64,000 bases of DNA, from positions 60,140,001-60,204,000 of the forward strand of contig CM060731.1 in NCBI GenBank assembly GCA_030704615.1. The letters run 5' to 3'. A program made the translations under genes and the position numbers. This DNA comes from Takakia lepidozioides. Its lineage: Eukaryota > Plantae > Bryophyta. Below are positions 1-12,920 of the stretch, in pieces. The notes under the pieces are model-generated. The model worked only from the letters and a program-made list of their open reading frames with translations, searched no databases and had not been told where the DNA came from. The first letter of the stretch is position 1. The number at the start of each line of letters is the position of its first letter.

Positions 1-1474
1 ACCGGCCCCTGGAAGCAGCCCTTGCAATAGACACAAATGGAATTTCTGAAGTTGATGTGGAGGCAGGTGCTACCTCATCTGTACAAAAAGCTGAGGAGAC
101 CGAGAGCGACTCCGATGAGGCCGATAACATTGCCAACAAAGAGAGTGTTGATGGGGGCAGTTTGATAGACTTAGAAGATGTAGCTGGCCAGCTCAGCCCA
201 TCACAGCCTTCTGAAAGAGGGAAGAGGAAAGGAGTCATGAAGAAGCAGTTGTTTAAAAGTCCACTTGTCTTCTCAGTAGATGCAACACACAATCTGTCTT
301 CTAGTGATCGGAATAGGAGCGATGGTTTCAAGGTCATGGTGACACCAGTGCTTCGAGCTAGCTTAGAGAAGCAGGGGTACAAAATTATCGGTTCACACAG
401 TGGAGTGAAGCTTTGCCGCTGGACAAAGTCGCAGCTGCGGGACGTGGGGGCTGCTACAAGCATTCTTTCTATGGGATTGAGAGTCATCGGTGCATGGAGA
501 CAACTCCCAGCCTAGCATGTGCAAATAAGTGTGTTTTCTGTTGGCGCCACCACACCAACCCTGTTGGTAAATCATGGCGATGGCAGATGGATGACCCTGT
601 GGATATTGTCAATGCTGCATTGGATCAGCACATGCGCATGATCAAGCAGATGAAGGGTGTTCCAGGAGTGAAACCAGAGCGCCTGGCTGAAGGTATGGCT
701 CCAAGACATTGTGCACTCTCACTTGTGGGAGAACCAATTATGTACCCTGAGATCAATACTCTCGTCAAGGAACTCCACTCTCGCCAAATTTCTTCCTTCT
801 TGGTGACCAACGCCCAGTTTCCAGAGCGCATCTTAGCACTCGAGCCTGTCACTCAGCTCTATGTGAGTGTGGATGCAGCAACCAAGGAGAAATTGAAGGC
901 CATCGACCGGCCCTTGTTCTCCGACTTCTGGGAGCGATTCACTGATTCTTTGAGTGCCCTGCGGGACAAGAGGCAGCGAACTGTGTACAGGCTGACACTG
1001 GTGAAAGGCTGGAATACTGCAGAAGTACAGGCTTATGCAGAACTTTTGGAATTAGGCCAACCTGATTTTATCGAAATTAAGGGGGTGACCTACTGTGGCT
1101 CCACTGCGACATCCTCATTGACAATGGAGAATGTGCCATGGCATAGTGATGTGAAGGCATTTGCAGAGGCCTTGGTGATGGAGAGGGGCGGGGCTGAGTA
1201 TGAGCTTGCGTGCGAGCACACGCACTCCTGCTGTGTCCTGCTGGCCAAGACAGCCAAGTTCAAACTGGAAGGGCAGTGGTACACTTGGATTGACTACGAG
1301 AAATTTCATTCTCTGGTTGCCTCACAGAAGCCCTTCGGTAGTGAAGAGTACAGGGCCCCCACGCCTGCTTGGGCAGTGTATGGAGCAGCTGAAGGTGGGT
1401 TTGACCCCAAAGAAACGCGAGTGAAGAAGGAGAGAAAGCATGGGACCTCGGCTGATGTTGGCGGATGCACTTGA
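1..1474 (+). CDS. TYW1: TYW1 copy 1 (5' part lies outside the window; one frameshift at ~439-441)
   Basis: Radical-SAM motif CANKCVFC, SHSGVKLCRWTK and Wyosine_form-type C-terminus; translation matches 49989-51463 except GGG versus GGGG at 439-441. Confidence 0.93.
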
Positions 1475-1505
1475 GGAGGCCACTGCTCTACTTGGCAAGT
1501 GTATA

Positions 1506-2728
1506 AAGAGAGAGAGATTGTACTCATAAGATGTTGTTTGCCGTAGCCTTGTGGCCATTGACCCCGCGCCCAGTTTGAGCGGGAACAAAAGGGACAGAAC
1601 CTACCTCTGTCAGGGGCTGACGTTGGTAGTAAGACTTACCTCCATATATAGAATTAATCCGGGTTTTCCAGATATCCTCTAGAAATCCCTTCACACAAGC
1701 ATCAATCTGCTGTGTGTGATTTGCCCAAAAACTAGGCCTCAGGAGGGCCTGGGCTTTTGGCTCAGCCTCGAGACTTTCAAAGTTGGTAAACAGGGGTACA
1801 GGCACAATACCCTTAATAGATTTGAAGAGAGCGTCTCTTTGGTGAGAGAACCCGGACAGTGTATCAGAAAATGATACTGTCTTCAGATTGCCCACACAAC
1901 GGGCAATTGCACTCTCCCTTTCCTCTCTGCTTCTGTTTGCTGTTCAAAGGTAGGCTTCCTGCCCTGAGTTTAAATTTCAGTCTAGTGCCGAGAGTGGGTA
2001 GAGCCTTGAGGTCATCCAAGATGTCTCCCCCATGTCACAGACTGGAAACAAGTTCAGGGAAGTTTTCTGCCTAACTTCATTTTCATCAGACAATCTCATG
2101 GCAACAGACATGGCTGAGGACACTACAGCCTCTAAGTCAGATTTATCCAGCAGGGTCAAGACTTGCGGATCCAGGTCCAGGTCCTTGAGGATCTCTTCTA
2201 CTCTCTTCTGCCAGGACTTAGCCTGTTTGACAGGGCGGTCCTGTTTCCAAGATATAGAGTCGATTAACTTAGGATATCTGGTGTTGGGCATATGTTGCAG
2301 CTGACCCCACCATCTGACCTTGAATTCATCTGGTCGGGAGCTTAAGGACGGAATGCCAAACTCACCCCGAACAGCCACATTGGCTGTTTTGGAGCATGCT
2401 GACATACTCTCCTTAAGCACCCCACTTGAATGGATTCTAGAGACTTAGCCTGGTTGGAGTTATCAACCCATATAGCAGATCCGTACTCCAAGGCAGATCT
2501 AATAACGCGACAAAGCATGGTTTTTAACCTCAGAGTTGACCCCTCTGCAGTTGAAAAATTTAGTGAGCCCCAGAGCTTTGCCCTTGCCAGTTTGAACAAC
2601 TTTCCGGATATGTGCATCCCAATTACAATTGGAGGAGAACTCAACGCCCAGGTAAGTGTAGGAAGGGAGGACCGGGATCTCTTGGCTACCCCACTGCCAC
2701 TTAAGATCACTTCCTCCCTCTCCTCTGT
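1506..2728 (-). mobile_element. 5'-truncated LINE (3' part of RT ORF plus Cys/His knuckle), same family as 25895-29391
   Basis: YTYLGVEFSSNCNWDAHI and CNCPLCGQSEDS on the minus strand; 3' end TGAGTACAAT plus (CT)n tail; possible TSD TGTATA (1500-1505, 2726-2731). Confidence 0.92.
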
Positions 2729-4780
2729 ATAGGGTTGCCCTTGACAAGTTTATGTTACCTAAACCCTAAATCTTTGTTTTTGTGATTTGAGAAGGGCATT
2801 GGATTGGGAATTCACCTGGGTTTTTATTATTGCAATTCTATCATATTTACTGGGGGGAAGAAAAAACCAAATGGGGTAACTAGGGTAGAAGCACCATTCA
2901 TGGCGCATGTGCCCCACAGCGGCGCTCAAAAGCACACCCATGGTGGTGCAAGAAAGTATGCCCATTTTTGGAACGTGTCAGCCCCAAGATAGGCCCCAAA
3001 GAGGAATGAACTATAATACACCATTTAATCCTCTACTTTACACTTAAATTATCCTAGGTAGATGAAAATTGTTCCAACTACAAAATGCTGGGGCTCATCA
3101 AGAGCTTTCCAATGGTATCTTTAAAATGGTTAAAGTCCAAGGTATCAAAAGAGCAATATATTTTGTGTGCCATGATGGGCTCACTTGTTTTACCCTTAAA
3201 TTGCTATAGGTACATGTCCTCTAATGAAAATTGCTCCAACTACAAAAAGATGGGCCACATTAAGCCCTTTCCAATGGTATTTTTGGGTTTTTTTTTTACC
3301 ATCTCAGGCAGAAAAGATATTAATGAGATATGAATGAGTGATAGGAACAAGGTACACCACATGCTGACATTGACATCCTCTACTTCTCTCCACTTTTAGT
3401 GTCGGATAAAGCCAGAATCTCATCTAACTTTCAACTAAAGAAAGTTGTCTTATCTTAAGAGCTTTCTGTTAAGGTATTGCATGATCTCATAGGTCAAAAG
3501 CACAAGAAGTTATTACATTTACCCAACTTCGTGCGCCATGAATGGTGCTTCTAGATCAGCCGGATGTGGTACCTAGGGACGTTCGAGATGAGATACCATC
3601 ATTTATGCTTCGATAGGGATAAAAAACAAAGGTGTACTAATATATGTATATAATTCCGTAATATATTTATTTCGATTTTAATTCAATGAAATTATAATTA
3701 TATAACAAATTTAGCACATTCAATTCATTGTAAAAAAGAAAATACATAAAAACTTCATGAAAATTGTACTTTCTTGAATGTGTAATCAAACTGAATTTTT
3801 GAAAAATACACTCTAAGGAAATAATTAAGCTATCCATCCACTGGTGACCCATCAAAGCACACAACGGATCTACCCGATCTATCCTCCAATCCTAGATTTT
3901 AGTTTATCATGGATCCAAGCTGACGTATTGGCCATTGTAGCCATTCATGGGGTGGTTTTAGGGACTCCTCGCCTTTCTCTCTCTCCCACCATGGATTGGA
4001 TTCTCAGATCTGAAACGCATGAGGCTGGAAGGATCAATCGACCAATCCACCCCCTTTAACACCTCACATAGTCTTCACTCAACCTCTTTGAGGTTTCTTG
4101 CAAAAAGACAACAGTTCTCCTAGCTTAGGTTAGAGCTCTTGCTTCAATGGGAATGAATACCAGCCCCTCTCCAGCTGAGACAATTAGTCAATACCAAAAT
4201 AGATCAATAATTCACTTCATTTATATCACACTACATGAATATAGTACATATCATACATATGTATTTCAATATGATGCCGCTCCCATTTATTTCTCAAATC
4301 ACAATGACGAACACAATGAATTTATTTTGTGTTAGTCTTTCTGATTTTGTTGTAGTGTCTTGGATTTTGAAAGTCAATACGATTGTGATATTTCTTTTGG
4401 ATTCCCATTTCGTTGTTTAACCCTTCAAGGACGAGGCGACCCGTAATCGGGTCAGGTCGAAATTTCGATTGGATGATAAATGCGCAGATCATGTCGGATG
4501 AAACTGATTCCTGAACGAAAAGTGTAGCCCATAAATATTTACAGCCCCCTGTGTTGATCGCACCCTAAAAAATCTAATCCCCCGCCATCAGGATTTTTTG
4601 GAATCTGGAGGGGTACCCAAAATCATGTGGTTTTGGGCCCACCAGCAGGTTGACTGGCAGACACGTGGCAGGCAGGATTTGGGGGGGGTTGGGCGTTTGC
4701 CGACAGCGGGTGACAGCGGGGGGCTCCATGTCCGCCCGTGCGGACAGCGGCGGACCCCGGCACGCGCGAAACGCCAGGCA

Positions 4781-4941
4781 CGTGGCCCAATCAGGTGGCA
4801 GGTGGTGGGCCGGGAGATTCTCACCCGTGTAGGGTTTAGGTGCGTGGCCCAATCAGGTGGCAGGTGGTGGGGCGGGAGATTCTCACCCGTGTAGGGTTTA
4901 GGTGCGTGGCCCAATCAGGTGGCAGGTGGCGGGGGCGGGAG
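4781..4941 (+). repeat. Subterminal tandem repeat, 62-bp unit x ~2.6, with GGCCCA and TAGGGTTT motifs
   Basis: Units start at 4781, 4843 and 4905 (CGTGGCCCAATCAGGTGGCAGGTGG...TAGGGTTTAGGTG). Confidence 0.92.
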
Positions 4942-5373
4942 CTTCTCTCTCGCTCTCTGCGTTTTGCATATGGCGTGTCCTGAGTGCTACGATTGTCTCC
5001 TCGTAATCGAGCTTTTGCTTCGTTCTTTCTTGGTTTTTGCTTCGCTTTGGCTTTGCTGTGTCGATCTTCTTTTGCCTATGATTGCTTGGTTTCATTTTTT
5101 TGGGAGCTCATGTGCCGCTGTTGAGGAGCAGGGGGTGGCTGCGCGTCTATTCTGTTTGCTTGGATCGTCCTCGACTTTGCCTTTACAGCGGTTCCTTCTC
5201 TTTACACCTGCTCATTACCTTCTGTTGGGGCGCATGCGTAGCGACGGCGCTTCACAAGTATTGCGCAGCCATCTAACCACTTATGCATTTGCATTTGCTT
5301 GATATTGTCTGCCCGCTTTGCTTGATTCTATCTGTGCATTGAATGTTTGTGGTTTGTGGGTGGCAGGGATTCT

Positions 5374-7572
5374 ATGGCGCCTAAACGCAAGGGATCTGAG
5401 CTGCTTGAGCCCCCACCTCCCCCACCCGAGCATGCAGCTGCGGCAGAGGTTATAAGGGTGTGGGCGCAGGAAGAGCAGCATTGCACTGCAAAGCAATGCA
5501 AGGTAATTCTAGGTTATCTTTGTCCTGAGTTTCTGACCTCTTTGCCTCCACTTGGAGATAGAGAAGAGAGGAAGGAGAGAAAGAGGGGTTCAGTGAGGCT
5601 GTCAATTCCGTTTTGAGAGAGGATGTCTGGCCTGATGCCGACAGTCAGGGATTTCAAGCAGCGAGCTCGTGCCAAACGGCAGATTCCGGCAAGTGTGAGA
5701 ATGGCTCCCAGGGGTGTGGTGAGGAGAAGGAATGAGGCACACCTGAGTGCTTGTGGGGGTGAGTCCAGTCACAATTTTGTTCCTACGTTGATTGTGCAAA
5801 GTCCTAAGTGTGCTTTGGGAATGTTGCATCCGAACACCATGCATGTCGTTGGAGTCGTTGGAGTCTCTGGTTCCTGTTCTGCTCCTGGCGGTGAACACCA
5901 TGGCCCCCAATCTGAACTTGATGAATTTTTTTTTGATGATGATACTTACGTTGGGGATTATGCCGACAAGGCAGACTAGGACACTGACCTTTTGGAAAAG
6001 GAAGATGACGGTGACGAGGCACCAAACCTCGCTTTTGAGCAGCTGTTCTAGCCTAGCTCGTGGGAAAAGTGTGTTGAAAGTGAATTTGTTAGTGATAGGG
6101 AGGCATTCACTGGGCCTCAGCCAGGTCCCTGCCTCCCGGAGATGAAGGGTTCTACTCCAATTTGGTTCTTCTTTTTGTTTGGAGACAAAGTGTGTTGGAG
6201 AAGGTATGCAGGGAGTCGAATGCATATGCATTAGAGCCTTTGGGTGAGAGCACACGTGGTGGGTCTAGGTGGAAGCTTTTGACAGTGAGTGAGCTCCGAG
6301 CTTGGATTGGCATCTGCATTTTTATGGGGATAAAGAAGCTACCTAAAACCAGATGTTACCGGCAACACTCTGAGTCTTTTTTCTCATGCCCTATCATCCG
6401 CCAGGTCATGACCCGTGACATGTATGAAGCGATACTTCGTTGTTTGCATTTGGTGGACAATGCCATTTTGCACGATCGTGGGAGCCCTCGATTTGATAAG
6501 CTCGGCAAGATTAGGTGGGCTTGTGATGAGGTAGTTGATAGGTGCAAGAGCCTGTGGAATCTCAATAAGATGTTGACTATTGAGGAGGTGATGATCCGTT
6601 ACAAGGGGAAATATTGTGCGATTAGGATGTATATGCCTAAGAAGCCATGCAAGTGGGGCATCAAGGTGTGGGCGTTGGCTAACTCGGAGACCAGCTATGT
6701 GTATGATTTTCAGGTATACTGTGGGAAAAATGCAGGGGGCCTTGATGGTGAGAGGCTGAAAAGTGGGAAGGTTGAAGGCTATGATGTGGTGTGTGGGCTT
6801 GCCAATGGACTCCATGGTTTGGGGCATGTAATTGTCACTGACAATTACTTCACTTCTGTTCAGCTTTTGTACGACTTGGCCAAGCTTGGTACCTGGGCCA
6901 CTGGCACAGTTCGTGTGAACAGAAAAGGCCTCCCTCCCTCCTTGCTATCCAAGAAAAAATCCAAGACTGCCAAGCAACTGGTAAAAGATGCATGTTTCCA
7001 GGGAACTTGCGGTCGTGTTGTGGTGGGACAAAAATGGGGTATTCATGTTGTCATCTGCAGCTAGACCAGCATGTAGGCCTTCTTCTCCTGTTACTGTGAG
7101 ACGCTTTGTGGGACAGCAGAGACTCTTGGTGCCATTTGTGTCTGCCCATGTGCAATATCAAACCTATATGCGAGGGGTAGATGTTCAAGACCAGCTCCGG
7201 GGAGCATATACTTTGCAGCTGCGCACTAAGAAATGGTGGCATCGTCTCTTTTTCTTCCTGATGGACACAACCTTGGTGAATGCATACATCTTGTATTCAG
7301 CCCATGCCACAAAGATGGGTCGGAGGCCCATGACGCATTTGGAGTTCAATCTTGTTGTGGCATACACCTTGACAGCAGGTCAGTGCACTGACAACATGGA
7401 CAGGAGGGGGGATGGCTCTTGCACCTTTGTGCATCAATGTCTTCACACACCACAACGGCGGTTGTGTGTTGTATGTCATATCCGCACTCACCATTACTGC
7501 CATGGATGTGACGGCAGCCATATGTGCCTTGGTTCTTGCTGGAATCATGCACACCGCCACCCAATGAGGTGA
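5374..7572 (+). pseudogene. piggyBac (PGBD-like, DDE_Tnp_1_7) transposase, disrupted
   Basis: Motifs YMPKKPCKWGIKVW, VTDNYFTS, MRGVDVQDQ, KKWWHRLFF and C-terminal Cys-rich CVVC..HYCHGC..CLGSCWNHAH; first catalytic D replaced by E (6582-6584); frameshift near 6960-6990; start (MAPKRK) inferred. Confidence 0.9.
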
Positions 7573-8619
7573 CTGCAGATTATGTGGATTCTCTTTGGGT
7601 TTGTTGTGTTGGTGGTCTGTTTGTGCATTGTGTTCAATGGGCTGTTGGTGGACTGGCAGGTGTGCTCTTGGCGGCTGTGGAATGCGTGTGTGGGTGTGTT
7701 GGGTGTGTGGCAGGGTGTTGGCGATTGAGGGTGGCATGGGATGTGTTTGGGGCTACTGGCACTAGAAGCATTCGTGTCATTTACCACTGGGGTAACGACT
7801 CATTTTGAGTGGTAAAAGTCAAAAAACCGGGATCGACTGGAAGTTACAAAAGACTAGTTACAACAGACGTGGAAGTTGGGTCGGACATCCAATGATTGGA
7901 GTGGTAAAGGACGCAGCCGTGCGAACAACTGCTCAGCGATTATTGCGATTATTGTTGAAGAACCACGTGGCGTAACAAGGCGGGCCGCCCGTGTGTTTGA
8001 CCTTTTGGGCTGACTTTGACTTTTCCCTCCGAATGAGTGGACTAACTCACCGGAGCGCGGTGACACATGGACGCGGACGCGGACGCCAACGTGGCGGCGC
8101 CACGGCGAGCAACACTGCTGCCATGTGGCCACGGGCCCGGGGCGCCACGTGGTAGTTGACCACATAACTTGCAGTGCTACATGCTTCAGTGGCAACTGCG
8201 ACTGCGGAAGTCGGCGCAACCACTGTTTTACTACTTTAAATGAAGTGCTCAAAATTACTTGAACAATCACTCATAGTGGTTGATGCTTTGAAGTTTTGGT
8301 GTTTGTAATGAGCCGACTAGTACATACGCATGTAATGCCATACAAGAGAACTAATCATGTCATTGGAAATGCGAAAACAATGAAAGACATGCCATGAAAC
8401 AAAACAAAATAAAAATGAAATGAAATGAAACAAATGGTACTTTATTACATCTGCGGAAAGCTCAAAGAGCTTACAATACAAAATGAAAAAACCAAAGTAA
8501 AAAAGCAGCCCAAAGCTACTACTGCTCTGGGGATTGCCTAAGGGTCAAGGCCTCATGCAGGTAAGCTGCCAAGCAATTGTGATCCTCATAATGTAAGGCT
8601 TAGTGACAGATTGAGTCCC

Positions 8620-11600
8620 ACGGAATAGACCATCTACCCATGCAGGTTTCTTGTAGCTATTGATTTACAGGGAATCATAGGTAATCTTGTGCTTGAAATC
8701 TGGCCCTCTCCAATGAATCTGGACCCTCACTCTCTTTGCTCCTTCAGCTACACATGCCTCTGCACGAATCATGCATTCATCTTTGCCTCGCTGCTAGTAG
8801 CTGACAATGATAGCCTAGATTTATTCTAGGAAACATCCAACTCAGCTTTTCACACTAGTTCTTATGCTGAATGCGTCTACTTGTCGCGGCCCTTTGCCTT
8901 GAGGGCAGGGGGTCGGGACACATGAGGGGCTGCCCCTGTGGTGGGGGCAGCGGCAGCGATAGGTATGGGGGGCTGAAGCACCCTTGAGTGCCCAAGGCAC
9001 TCAAGGAGGTGGAGGCGCTCACTAGGTGGAGCCCCGCACACCGGGTTGCGGTGGGGGTGGCTCCACAAAGGGTGGTGGTAGCTTAGCGGGACTTAGTGGG
9101 GGTGGCATAGGACTCACCATGTGGGCGGAGACCTCGTGGTGGGAGTCGTGGGGAGTCTTGGGACTCATCACGGTCCATAGGGGCCGTGGTGAGTGGGCCA
9201 AGACTCACCGCGACTCATCACCGGGAGTCGAGGGTTTTCGTGGTGGTTCGCCATAAAATGGCATGGCTGGTTGTGAAACCCCCGCGGACAGCTACAGAAG
9301 TATATATAAGGGGAGTAGTGACCCCGAGAACGGTGCAAGCCCGTTGGTGACCAAAAACTAGTGAGTAAGCGAGCGAGCCGGAAAGCGACCAAAGAATGGG
9401 GAACTGTTCCGGACTGCCACCTACCAAAGGGAATTCCACTAGGCCCAAATAGGTGGAGGGTTTAGTGGGAGAGCGAAGGGGGACCGTTATGTCCCGGTGA
9501 GCAGCCGAAGCTCCAAGTTGGCCCGGCGGCCAGGTTGGGAGTCAGGCGCGCGCATCAAAGCGAGTAACTATGACTTGAAGGGGAGATTACCGAGGTGAGG
9601 TGCGCGACACTACTAATCTATGAAATATAACAGACATTCACATTTTTGCCTTGGTTGTCCCATCATTGACTGGGGCAGAATAGTATTCATTCCACAACTC
9701 ATCCTCATCTCTATTACTTGTTTTTTGATACTTTCATGTTGTCACATTGGCAGTATCATGTCAAAGTCACTCCAAACTAGATTCACTCAACCAGATAACT
9801 TGCAGAATTCAACATGGAAATTTAGGGCCGATTCTGATTAGAGGGAAAAACAAGGTGAAATGTGTTGAATAAGATGCATTCATTAGCAGTGTCTGATTTT
9901 ATAAATTGTGCCGCTGCTGCCAGTTGACCATCTACCCATGCAGGTTTGTTGTAGCTATAGAGTCAATCTGGAGCTTGAAGCCCGATGAATCTGCACCCAC
10001 ACTCTACCCCTGCTCCTTCAACTATCTATGCCTCAGCACAAATCATGCGTATATCATTGTCTTGCTACTAACAGCTGATGATGACAGCCTAGATTTGTTC
10101 TTACACCCCAACCCTATTTGGAAAAACAGGCTGAAATGTGTTGAGGAAGGTGCCTTCATTAGCAGCACCTCATTCTATCAATTGTGTTGCCGCTACTGTT
10201 TCCACTTGCAACAATTGACCATCTACTCCAGCTGATTTCTTTTAGCTATTGATCCCTCAGCCTGAACCTGAACATGAATCTGGACCTCTATCCCTGGTCC
10301 CTCAGCTATCTCTGCCCGTGTACAGGTCATGAATACATCGCTCGGTCTTGCTGCTAGCAGCTGACAGTGACGGCATGAAGAAAACACCCCAACCTAGGAC
10401 TTAACAGTAGTTCCAATTCTGAATTTCTCTCTGTAGTCGAACAAGCACTCACCTTTTTGTCTCCATTGTCCCCCCACTGACTGGGGTCGGAAAGTGTTCA
10501 TCCCAAAGCTTCTCTTCATCTTGTTATCTGTTTTTGGGTACTTTTCTGCTGCCACATCAGCAATAACTGGTCAAAGTCACTCCAAACCACCCCACATCCA
10601 CCCAACGAGCTAACTTAAAGCAATATGCAAATTCAGGGCTGGGTCTGATGAGAAGGCAAAATAGGCTGAAAAAGGTCGAAGAAGAAGGTGCCCTCACCAC
10701 ATTGTCCTCGACCTTGTGTCATGACCCTTGGAGGATTTGACTGACCATGCACCCAAGAGGACCTCTTGTGTGTGCGAGGTGTGTGCTGCTTCCACAGGGG
10801 ATTGTAGGCGATCTGGAGCTTGAAATCCGGCCCTCTTGGATGAATCTGGACCCACACTGCTCCCTGCTCCTTCAGCTATCCATGCCTCTGCACAAATCAT
10901 GCATACATCCTTGCCTTGATGCTAGCAGCTGACAATAACACTCTAGAATTGTTCCAGCAAACACCCCAACCATATTTATCACACTAGTTCTTATGCTGAT
11001 TTGCGTCTGCTAACTAGTTACCAACGAGCTAACTTGTAGAATTCAACATGAAAATTTAGGGACGACTCTGATAGCAGGCGAAAACAGGGTGAAATATGTT
11101 GAAGAATGTACCTTCATTAGCAGTGGGCCTTGTTCTATCAATTGTGCTGCTGCCATTGTTGTTTCCAGTTGACCATCTACCATTGTGCTATTGAAGAAGG
11201 TGCCCCCCCTTCCCCCATCATTTGATCATAGGTCTCCAAAGCCTCCATACCATGTCCCTGCTGTGCATACCCTGCAAGCATCGCGTTCCATGACACCACA
11301 TTTGGTTCAGCCATAGTGTTGAAAACTCCATTTGCATCCTGAATGCACCCACATTTGGCATAGACGTCCACCAGAGGAGTGTTCAGGATGACATCTGGTA
11401 CAATTCCAGCTTTGACGATGTCACCATGGACCTCTTTCCCCTTTTCCAGAGGTCCCAGGCTTGCACACGCATTACAAACATGCGGAAGCGTGATGTAGTT
11501 GGGCTTCACCCCTTTGCGCAACATTTGCTCATAGGTCGCCAAAGCATTCCTACCACACCCATGTTTGGTAAATCCTGCCAACATTATATTCCACATGATC

Positions 11601-12920
11601 AAAGATCGTTGAGGCATTCTGTAGAAATCTTGGCGAGCATCCATGATGCTCCCGCACTTAACATACATGTTGACAAGGGTGTTGAGTAGAAAAAACATTT
11701 GGCATGAATCCACTTTGGATAATGTGAGTGTGCACCTGATTCCAGCTTCTAGACCTAGAACCTTCGTCAGTCTGCCTGCCTCACAAAGCATCTTCACATG
11801 CCCCGTAGAAAAGGCATTGTGGACTCCCTCTCTTGATCCTCTTTCAAAAGTTGCGGTCATGGTTGAGGACGTGCCTGATTTTATCAACTGTGCCGCTGCA
11901 GCTATTGCCTTTAGTTGACCATCTACCCATTTAGGTTTCTTGTAGCTATTGATCCACATGAATCACAGGTAATCTGGAGCTTGAAGTCCGACCCTCTTGG
12001 ATGAATTTGGACCCACACTCTATCCCTTCTCCTTCAGCTATCCATGCCTCTGCACAAATCATGCATTCATCTTTGCCCTTGCTGCTAGCAGTTGACAATG
12101 ACAACCTAGGAAACACCCAATCACACTAGTTCCTATGCTGAATTGCGTCTGCTACTCTCTATCATCTAATAGGCATTCAACTTTTTGCCTCGGTTGTTCC
12201 ACCATTCACTGGGGTCAACAAAGTATTCATTCCACACCTTCTCCTCATCTCTGTTATCTGTTTTGGATACTTTCATGCTGCCACATCGGCAGTTACTTGT
12301 CATAGTCATTCCAAACCACCACAGATCCACCCAACGAGCTAACTTACAAAATTCAATATGCATTTCATGGCCAAGTCTGATGAGAGGGCAAAACAGGCTG
12401 AAATAGGTCGAAGAAGGAGGTGCCCTCACCACATTCTCCAAGGCCTCCATACCACGCCCCTATTGTGCACACCCTGCAAGCATCGTTCCACGTGATGAAA
12501 GATCATTGAGGCATTCTGTTGAACACTTGGTGAGCATCCATGATGCTCCCGCACATAACATACATGTTGAGTAGAAAAATATTTAGCGTGCACTTTGGAT
12601 AATGTGAGTGTGCACTTGCTTTCTAGCTTCACTTGGCCTTTCATCTTGATGCACTTATGCAAGAGACAGACATACGTATCTGAATCTGCTGAAATGCCTC
12701 CTTGGTTTAAAGTCAGTAGAGTCTCTTTCAGTCTGCCTGCCTCACAAAGCATCTTCACATGCACATAAGTGCCAGAAGAGGCATTGTGGACTCCCTCTCT
12801 TGATCCTCTTCCAGAAGTTGTGGTCATGGTTGAGGTGCCTGACTTTATCAACTGTGCCGCTGCAGCTATTGCCTTTGGCGATGCAACCATGCACTTCTTT
12901 GCATCTGGTAATCTGACAGT
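8620..12920 (-). pseudogene. Decayed array of OSB-type PDF motif exons interleaved with PLS PPR segments
   Basis: Minus strand reads EKVWNEYFVDPSEWWNNRGKK, then an intron-like gap ending gtccag, then IHxRGPDFK(H/L)(K/Q)I..WINSYKKPxWVDGQL; PDFK halves near 8690, 9975, 10260 (degenerate), 10820, 11980; ORF 11177-11959 runs on into PPR motifs. Confidence 0.8.
8882..9609. mobile_element. Solo LTR, 728 bp
   Basis: TGTCGCG...CGCGACA inverted termini; 5-bp TSD CTACT (8877-8881, 9610-9614); TATATATAAG at 9301. Confidence 0.88.

Noticed and set aside
2757-2770. Telomere remnant CCTAAACCCTAAA
   Set aside because: Only two units; common telo-box-scale motif
2730-4416. Non-autonomous DNA transposon (AT-rich; duplicated ~60-bp motif near 3060 and 3225)
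   Set aside because: No matching termini or TSD found, so it was left uncalled
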